A stretch of DNA of 22,572 nt from Selaginella moellendorffii (taxonomy: Eukaryota > Plantae > Lycopodiophyta). Location: contig NW_003314325.1 of the NCBI RefSeq assembly GCF_000143415.4, positions 1 to 22,572 on the forward strand, given 5' to 3'. Below are positions 10,602 to 18,468 of this stretch, piece after piece. The notes beneath the pieces are model-generated. The model was not told the origin of the DNA. It ran no database searches and was given only the letters and a program-made list of their open reading frames with translations. The position numbers and the translations under genes are program-made. Position 1 is the stretch's first letter. Each line of letters starts with the position of its first letter.

Positions 10602-11449
10602 CCACAAATTTAATAAATACTTTTTTAGCACAGTCCATTTTGTTTGGTTTGTTTTGCATTACCAGATTATGGTCTTTTCATGCCTTTCCATTGTTGGTAA
10701 TTCTTTTGAAGAAATAGAACGTGGGAACGACTACATTAATTATGGGAAATTGACTACAAGTTATATATGTAATTTTCTTTAGTATATGTGAAAGTTAGCA
10801 CAAAGGTGATTGTTTTGGTATGTACATAGTATAAGTCTGCCTCCTTGATCAAGTTATGATCAAGTTACGATGGAGCCAGAGATCACAAATCAGAGGTAAC
10901 ACTTAAGTAGTTTAGTAATCTTCAAAATAATGGTGCATGCCATGTATAGACATGTATTTATTCCAAGTCATAAGTTTGTATTTTATACATTTAGAAAAAA
11001 AGAAAACTATGTAGAAAATTTGGATAAATTTTTGTCATAAGAAATACTAAATGAAATATTATAGTTGTTCAAAGTTCTAATCTATGTTGGTGCTTAGTGT
11101 TAGACAATTTTAATAAATAATTTCAATCAAATATACCACGAATATCCAATAATATTTCAATCCAATGCTAAATAAAAAACTAATAAAATAACAATAATGT
11201 AAATATAAATAAGATATACCTGGCGTTTAATTTGGGTTAATATAAATGAAACCATAATTGTTTCAAATTAAAAAAATGAATAATATTTTTTAATAGTGAG
11301 TATTCTTTATAACTATAATATTATTTTGAAAATATAAATAATCATTCTCTTTCTGTAAAACTTTATACATATGTATAAATATATATGTTATATTTTTTAG
11401 TGAAAATTTTATTTGTAGTTTTCAATTTATCTAAATTTTTGGTTTTCAT

Positions 11450-12090
11450 AAGCAAACCTGTAGAAGGGTAGTGGATATATCTAAAATATGCTTGGATATT
11501 TTAAGATATTTTCTAACAGTTGTTATTCAATTAAATTAATCTTGTAAACTTTCCTAAACACTTCTTAATATATTCTAGTTTATTCTACAGTCAAATGGTT
11601 GATATTAAATAAGATTAATCTTGTGTCTATAAATTATCAATATCTTTATAATTATAAAAGTTTATTTGATCAAATGGATTAATAAATAAAAATAATATTA
11701 CTATTAAGAATTAAGTATTATTGCATGCAACGTGCACCAAATTATTTGTTTGCTTAACCAAACCTATAAGGGGATAGTGATTATACCTAGAATATGCTTG
11801 AATATTCTAGGATATTCTACCATCTAACAGTTGTTATTCATTTAGATTAATCTTGTATCTCTAATTTATAAATATTGTTTTAATTTATATAAACACTAAA
11901 CGCTTTCTAGGATATTCTAGTTTATTCTACTATCATATTCAATAAGATTAATCTTGTGTTTATACATTATCAACATGTTAAAAATTATAAACTTTAATTG
12001 ATCAATTGGATTAATTTAGAGAAATAACACTACTATTAAACAAACTAAGCATTGAATGTAGCAATGTGTAGCAAAGTATTTCTACTTATG
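11450..12090. repeat. AT-rich imperfect tandem dimer (~310-335 bp units) with iterated palindromes
   Basis: Unit anchors: caaacct.ta...atatgcttg.atatt at about 11453 and 11759; aataagattaatcttgtgt at about 11608 and 11941; tactattaa at about 11699 and 12031. Confidence 0.8.
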
Positions 12091-12140
12091 ATAATATTTA
12101 TTCAAACAGAATCAAAATATAAAACAATTTATGTTATGAC

Positions 12141-12375
12141 ACATGTCCAGAGAGGTATATGTCCATGAGAGAGGTCCCCTTGGTCCACAAAAGCCAGAGC
12201 TCAAGCATGCACGGCTTTGCCTTTAGAACTCAAAAACTCCAAGCTTAACAATGTATTGGTCAACAATCTGATCCTGTGCAGTAAGAATTGTGATGTGATT
12301 TGGAGAACCATTCTTGTCCATCCTAAAGAATTGCTCCAGAGCTTGCTTGCCTTTGCCATAACCAAGACTGAGGCC
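12141..12375 (-). pseudogene. Old CpG-decayed PPR fragment forming the tail of protease ORF copy B
   Basis: The tail VLVMAKASKLWSNSLGWTRMVLQITSQFLLH matches the off-frame PPR reading LLVMLRTAKASKLLRYSLAWTRMVALQIVSQFLLH (ORF 4278-4481). The final GKAVHA matches in-frame PPR RGKAVHA. Confidence 0.88.
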
Positions 12376-13247
12376 CTTTTTTTTTGGTGGCACCAACATA
12401 AACTATCTGTCTCAGTAACAAATCTATCTTTACTGACTTCAAATACACCATTTGGATATTGAAGTCTATACCAGCAACCCAATTCACTAGATTTAAAAGT
12501 AACAATATGATTCCTGAAGTCAATTATTGCTGAGTGCTTCTTAAGCCAATTCATCCCCAAAAATATGGTATCTATATTCTCTTTTATACCAATAAAATCT
12601 GTACTTTCTGAAAAGCTTCCCATTTTATACGTTAAATTCTCAATTCCATAACCATCTTTCATTTGCACATCTGCAGTTAATCTTTTTGTAAAATACTTGT
12701 AATCACGAATTGCTTTGAGCCCAAGTTTCTTGAGAAGTTGAAGTGTTATAGCTGACCAATCAGAACCATTATCAAATGCAATTGTGATGTGATGATCATT
12801 GATTCTCCCACTGTATTCTGCATAATGAAAAGTAGTACATATATGTTGATTTATTTTCTTGTATTTTCTGCACTTATATAATTGGTAGTGATCATCAAGG
12901 GTACCATCAATCTCCTTGAGGCAATATATAGAATTATTGACCTCAAAAGTTAAACTGTTTATAGTGCCACTGCAGTCTAACTCTAAGCAATGTTGATGTA
13001 TCCAAGGTGAACCCAAAATTATATCATGATCAAGAATCAATGGTTTTACAGTCAAACTTGTTCTAAATTCACAATCCTCCACCATAAACTTGAAATCTTT
13101 AACTTCTGAATTACTGTCCACAGTAATATTGAATTCATCTACTAATTTCTGTGAGATAATATCACGGTCACAACCAGAATCCCAAAAAACATTGATTTTC
13201 CTCTCCAACCCATGATCCCCAGATAGCCTTCCAAAAGTTTCTGCCAT
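12201..13247 (-). CDS. Tandem two-domain retropepsin-like aspartic protease, 348 aa (copy B)
   Basis: ATG at 13247, DSG at 13181-13173, DNG at 12773-12765, two (I/F)LG..W motifs. Differs from copy A by 7 aa substitutions in the protease part and a 21-bp indel in the tail. Confidence 0.75.
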   Translation of the reverse strand: MAETFGRLSGDHGLERKINVFWDSGCDRDIISQKLVDEFNITVDSNSEVKDFKFMVEDCEFRTSLTVKPLILDHDIILGSPWIHQHCLELDCSGTINSLTFEVNNSIYCLKEIDGTLDDHYQLYKCRKYKKINQHICTTFHYAEYSGRINDHHITIAFDNGSDWSAITLQLLKKLGLKAIRDYKYFTKRLTADVQMKDGYGIENLTYKMGSFSESTDFIGIKENIDTIFLGMNWLKKHSAIIDFRNHIVTFKSSELGCWYRLQYPNGVFEVSKDRFVTETDSLCWCHQKKRASVLVMAKASKLWSNSLGWTRMVLQITSQFLLHRIRLLTNTLLSLEFLSSKGKAVHA

Positions 13248-13248
13248 C

Positions 13249-13290
13249 AAACCCTAAATTCCCAAAATCCTAGAGTGTGGGAATTTATAA
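13249..13290 (-). promoter_or_regulatory. Putative TATA box and telo-box upstream of protease ORF copy B
   Basis: TTATAAAT on the minus strand (13290-13283) and AAACCCTAA at 13249-13257. Confidence 0.4.
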
Positions 13291-13431
13291 GCCGTCAACT
13301 CTTTCCCTTTTATTTGTTACGTGTTCAACCCTTTGAGCTCGAGAACATCCTCTTGTTAGCAACCAAGTGAACATCGATGTCCTTGTTGCGCCAAAAAGTA
13401 ACCTCATCGCCGAGACCGAGTGTTTCCAGTG

Positions 13432-14075
13432 TCCGCAAACCTGGAGATCACAGGATCATTTCTTTTGCTGTCAATGTTTTTACCTCGTTCTTCCATTTTC
13501 CTAACTTCCACTGGCTACGTTGATCCAAAGCACACCATCATCCACGTTCAAGCGCTCTCCTTCTTGTCGTGTAAGATGCAAATTCATGGATTAAACAAAG
13601 TTTCTACAAGACAAGTCACGCAAATTATCCAGACAACATGGCATTTTAAACCTTTTGGACAGCCAGAATAAGGGAAGCTCATTCGACACACGAAAAGTAT
13701 GCAAGCAAGCAAAACAGAAGAAAAACGAGAGGAAACACGAACTTTTGTGGCTCTACCAACATGAGTGACAAATCCATGGTAAGCTTGCGGAGCTGCTTGT
13801 TTAACAAGGCCACTGCTGGTTGGAAGGCATGCTGAGCGAGAAAATGATGAACATTGGGGGCCAATGGGACCAGAAACTTCCATGCTTTGCTGTAGGATTA
13901 CGCAACGATTACATACCTTTAAACCGCTTCCCCTCTCCTTGCTTTATCCTTGTTCTTCGCTGTTCTTTGCTTGTGTTCTGCTCGTTTCTCTTGAGTCCCC
14001 ATGCCTTCCTGTTAAAAAAAGCATTAAATCATTCCCACAACTGTTTCCCACGATGTTGTAAATCCGACTGACCTC
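13432..14075 (-). repeat. Intron/exon-like module, diverged copy
   Basis: Aligns end to end with 2685-3366 with many substitutions and small indels. Confidence 0.85.
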
Positions 14076-14623
14076 CTTCCTGTCGCAAATTCATGGATTG
14101 AACAAAGTTTGTACAAGCCAAGTGACGCAAATTTTACAAAAAACCAGACAACATGTCATTTTAAGCCTTTTGGACAGCCACTTCAAGAACTCACTCGCAA
14201 GAAGGGAAGCTCATTCGACACACGAAAAGTATGCAAGCCAAGCAAGACAGAAGAAAAACGAGAGGAAACACGAGCGTTTGTGGCTCTACCAACATGAGTG
14301 ACATATCCATGGTAAGCTTGCGGAGCTGCTTGTTTAACAAGGCCACTGCTGGTTGGAAGGTCACAAAGGCATGTTGAGCGAGAAAATGATGAACATCGGG
14401 GGCCAATGGGACCAGAAACTTCCATGCTTTGCTGTAGGATTAGGCAACGATTACATACCTTTAAACCGCTTCCCCTCTCCTTGCTTTATCCTTGTTCTTC
14501 GCTGTTCTTCGCTTGTGTTCTGTTCCTTTCTCTTGAGTCCCCATGCCTTCCTGTTAAAAGAAGCATTAAATCGTTCCAACAACTGTTTCCTATGATGTTG
14601 GAGTTGTAAATCCGACTGACCTC
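14076..14623 (-). repeat. Intron/exon-like module, near-identical partial copy
   Basis: Matches 2819-3366 at a constant offset of 11257. Confidence 0.9.
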
Positions 14624-16655
14624 GGGCATAGATGTTGGACGTGAGAGAGTACGCAGAGCCTGTTCCATCGTCGAGCTTGAGAACCGACTTGAAGGCCATC
14701 CTGCCAAGCTCCACATTTCTCCACTTGAGGCACGAACTTAAGAATGCCATCCACACCACCGCGTCCACCTTGCAAGGCCACGCTCTTTGAGCGCCTCGTT
14801 TTGAGCGAAAGAACTTCCCACCGATGCCTCTGTATCCAGTCCAGCACTGCAAGCTTGTACGTGAATCTGCTGCCCGAAGTCCAGTGCTGCAAGGCTCAGC
14901 GCAGGCTTTGAGAGCAGCAACGTACGTCCGGTTACAAGCTTTTCTCGTGCAGCAACCGAGTGTAGAACTCCAGAGCTCGCTCGGGTTCTCCAAACCGACT
15001 ATATCCCAAGATCAAGGGGCCTTTGATGCTGTGAAGACTTCCGCCATGCTTTGACACTTGGTATACATATCCACCGAAAAGTAGTCATCCAGTTCGCAAA
15101 TCCTTGCGACTTGCAAGTGGAGAGCTCTGCCTTTCTCCAGCTATTTCTTCACAAGCTTGCGGTCTTCATTCTCTGCTAGAGTCGCAACAGCCTTAAATGC
15201 AGCAGTAGCAGTGACATGATCTGCCTTAACACCTTCCTCTTGCATGCTTTCGAACGATTGTAAGACGAGCTTGTGCTGGCCGCCGCAAGCATACCCCAGG
15301 ATTATCCCCGTCCAAGTCGCACCACCATATCTTGGAAAACCACCCAAGCATCCACCATGCCTCCACACTTGGCGTACATGTCAACGAGAGCATTATGAAC
15401 CGAGAGGTCTTCTCCGTCCACAAAAGCGAGAGCTCGAGCATGCACGGCCTTGCCTCTCTGCAAAGCCCGAAGCTTAACGACGCCTCCGTCGACAATCTGG
15501 CCCTGTTCCTTCTCAGCCAAGGTGACACAGGCCTTTAGTGCAGCAAGAACTGTGACACGATCTGGAGCGCAACCATTCTCGTCCATGCTAAAGAATATCT
15601 CAAGAGCTTGCTCGCCTTTGCCGTTCTGAGCATAACCAAGAGTGAGGCAGTTCCAAGAAACCACGTCTGGACGTTCAATACTGTCGAAGAAACTGCGAGA
15701 CTCCACCATGCTCCCACAGTTGGCATAGAACTCCACAAGTGTGTTGGTCACTACTGAATCTTCAAGACTTCCGTTTCTTCTTCACCATAAACAACTGATC
15801 GATCCATCGATGGGGGAACAAACATGCCACGAATGCGTGCCGGGGCATGGGCAAGTTCCTCGTCCGCAAGACGGCAACAAGCTTTCAGCGCTGCGATGAA
15901 AGTTAAAGCATCCGGTGGAGTGTCTCCACGACGCATTCGAGCATAGATATCGAGAGCTTCACCACCCTCGCCGCTGCTGGCATACCCGAGAATCATGCAG
16001 TTCCATGTCACCACACTACGATGGCTCATTCCTTCGAAAACTCGACGAGCCTCTGTCAAGCTCCCACATTTTGCGTAAAGATCAATCAAGGTGCTCGCGA
16101 CGAAGAGATCCGAGTCTAAGCCAAGTTTTACTGCTTTCCTGTGAATCTCCCTGCTCCTCTCTAAGAATACCACCCGTTGACCATCCAAAGCCTGCCCGGA
16201 ATCCTTCTCTATCAAGCTGGAACAAGCCTTGAGAGCACCAGGAACTGATACTCGATCCGGTTTGTACCCTTCGTCTCCCAGAGGAGCAAACAACTGTAGA
16301 GCCATTTCACCATTTCCACTCTGTGCATATCATATCCCTGTACGATCGAATTCCAGGAGACAACATCGCGATGTGGCATGCTGTCAAATGTTCCACGAGC
16401 ATCTATCATGCTTCCGCATTTCGCGTACAGATCAAGCAGGATGTTGGCGACGATAATGTTTGAGAAGTCACCTGTCTCGGAAACATCCCTGTTAATTCTC
16501 CTGCCTAGTTGTAGATCTTTCATGCTTCTACATACCTTGAGAGCACCAACAACAATGCCAATGGCTGGTTTCAATCCCTGACGTTGCATTCGTCTGTACA
16601 CTTCATTTGAAAGACCCTGAGGTTTCTGCAGAAGTGGACCAACCTTCGCTTCCAT
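14624..16655 (-). pseudogene. PLS-class PPR gene with E domain, frameshifted, copy B
   Basis: Same motifs and same lesions as 3367-5455, plus a 58-bp deletion that splits the 353-aa ORF into 184 and 149 aa pieces. Confidence 0.92.
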
Positions 16656-16898
16656 CAAGGACAGACTATGGATTCTACGAAGGCCGTAGTAAGAAACGAT
16701 AAAGCGAGCTCAAAATTTTCATACCTTGAGCCTGATCAGTTCACCGCTGCTAAACAACCTGCAACGTTTCAAGTTCCTTCAATGCAGCAAGATCGCTTGA
16801 CTTATCCCTCGACAAGCACCAGCTCTACGTCAATATCTCTGCAAGAAAATATATTAAAATCACCTGGATGCTAGAAACGAATAGCCAGATACCTCTGT

Positions 16899-17473
16899 TT
16901 AGACACAATGCAGCATTTCAATTTCTTTCTCCAGCCACTGCAATGCAGCAAGATCGTTTGACTTATCCCTGGACAAGCACCACTCAACTGGTAGCTCTAC
17001 GTTAATATCTCTGCAAGAAAAAGGAAATAAGAAAATCACCTGGATGCTAGAAAAGAATAGCCAGTTACCTGCGTAAGGACAAAACTTCCAAGTTTTTCTC
17101 AAGCAACACGGAATGCTCCTTGAGAGCATCTTGCATGTATGGCTTCACAACCGTCCGAATTGCCGCTGCACTTACTAGATTTTCTAGCGAGCCGTGCTTC
17201 CTCATAAGTTTCAGAGCTGTAAAACCAGGCACACCGGGAACACCATCAGCAGCATACCCTAGCACAAGCGCTCACACACTCGCGACTCCAAGCTCAAGCA
17301 CAAACGAGAATGACTTACAGTGAAAACGAGATGCCATCCGACTTGCTCCCGCAGTAGCAAAGCGGCCATCCGATGGAGCTCGCCGTGGCGCCACCAGGAA
17401 CTGGGGATTCCGAGCTCGCCCTGGCGCCATTCTGAGCGGGAGCGCGCTGTGCGATCCAAGACGCGGCCGCCAT
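16899..17473 (-). pseudogene. OEX2: Internally deleted organellar 5'-3' exonuclease gene (putative first exon plus last two exons)
   Basis: ATG at 17473 reads MAAASWIAQRAPAQNGARASSESPVPGGATASS... (Ala/Ser-rich, transit-peptide-like) up to a GTAAGT donor near 17319. It is then fused to LGYAADGVPGVPGF-TALKLMRKHGSLENL (GRK deleted, D>Y) and the last exon DINVELPVEWCLSRD. The nuclease core exons are missing. Confidence 0.75.
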
Positions 17474-17781
17474 GGACAATTGTACCCTAAATATTTTTAA
17501 AAATTTCTGTCGATGCTACATTCTTCCCTCCCAGAATCGAAATCCAGCCACTGGTGCGGCAGAAATCCGAGCGCAAGCTCCATCCGCGGCGGCGTTGGCT
17601 TGGAAATCGCTCGATCGAGAGAGAACTCTCGCGGCTAAGCGCCCGGACCAGGCAGTGGGAGAATGTAGGATGAAAGTCAGCCGCCTTGGATCAAATTCAC
17701 AAAATGACAACAGATTGCCGCTCGATACATGGCCTCGCGCCCTTTCTTTCGACGATCTCACAGCACCACGAGCTCGCGGCC

Positions 17782-18089
17782 TCATCCTGCTCCTCTCTCT
17801 GCATCGTTCCCGCGCGTCTTCTTCTCTGAAACAGCAAGATTTCAGAGATCGAGAGAGAAAGAGAGAATCTTTGCCAAGATTTCGAGTGTGAGGGAGAGAT
17901 TGAGAGTGAGGGAGAGATATTTCGGGAGAGATTGCACGAAATTTCACCTTGCGCAGCTTGAGCCTTGGCCCTTTCCTTGTCCTGGCGCTGCCGTTGGGAT
18001 TCAGTGATCCCGCGACGTTCCTTCCTCGGCATTCTCCTCTTCCCCTTCTTCTCGTTGTCGGCTGCCCTCGTCGAGCTTTTGCCCGCCAT
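17782..18089 (-). CDS. Putative two-exon small basic hydrophilic protein, 61 aa (copy B)
   Basis: Exon 18089-17948, GT-AG intron 17947-17826 (122 bp, CT-rich), exon 17825-17782. Product MAGKSSTRAADNEKKGKRRMPRKERRGITESQRQRQDKERAKAQAAQEKKTRGNDAERGAG*. An AT-rich TATA-like tract lies about 65-75 bp upstream. Confidence 0.55.
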
Positions 18090-18173
18090 CGCACTTCCTC
18101 CACACAAAAAACCCTCGCAACGAAGCAATGAAGAAGAAACGAATATTCATGTTTTTAAATTTATTCCCGCCCT

Positions 18174-18340
18174 CGCATACAAGATCCTAGCCGACCACGT
18201 GGCGAGCGAGCATGATGCCACAGTTCAAATGAATTACCATGCCAGCCGAGCATTACCATGGCGTTCTTTGTTTTTAATTTGACGGCGTAAGCTCTGGTGA
18301 CTGCCCCGCATACACGATCGTCGCCGACCACGTGGCGAGG
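18174..18340. promoter_or_regulatory. Divergent promoter with twin GCCGACCACGTGGC (DRE core + ABRE/G-box)
   Basis: Motif starts at 18190 and 18323, between ATGs at 18089(-) and 18469(+). Confidence 0.6.
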
Positions 18341-18468
18341 CCATGGTGGCCGTGGCAGCAGACCATTTCCAGGTTTAACGACTAACTGCTATAACATTGT
18401 CACGCGAACAGAGTGGCGGCAGCTCCGGCGGCGCAATGCTCTCGGGGTAGCGCGAGCATGATCCAGCC

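Noticed and set aside
10845-10870. Short tandem TGATCAAGTTA x2
   Set aside because: An isolated 11-bp slippage duplication with no further structure.
11450-12090. CRISPR-like repeat-spacer array
   Set aside because: Eukaryotic context, irregular spacing, and the intervening sequences are homologous to each other rather than unique spacers.
9700-13330. Complete LTR retrotransposon
   Set aside because: No gag, RT (YxDD), RNase H or integrase motifs, and I found no LTR pair, PBS or PPT. Only protease-like domains are present.
17516-18128. 195-aa and 143-aa minus-strand ORFs, and plus-strand ORFs such as 17472-17891 and 5880-6311, as genes
   Set aside because: Most are not kept intact between copies A and B, and they read through a CT-rich intron-like tract. 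The spliced 61-64 aa model fits better.
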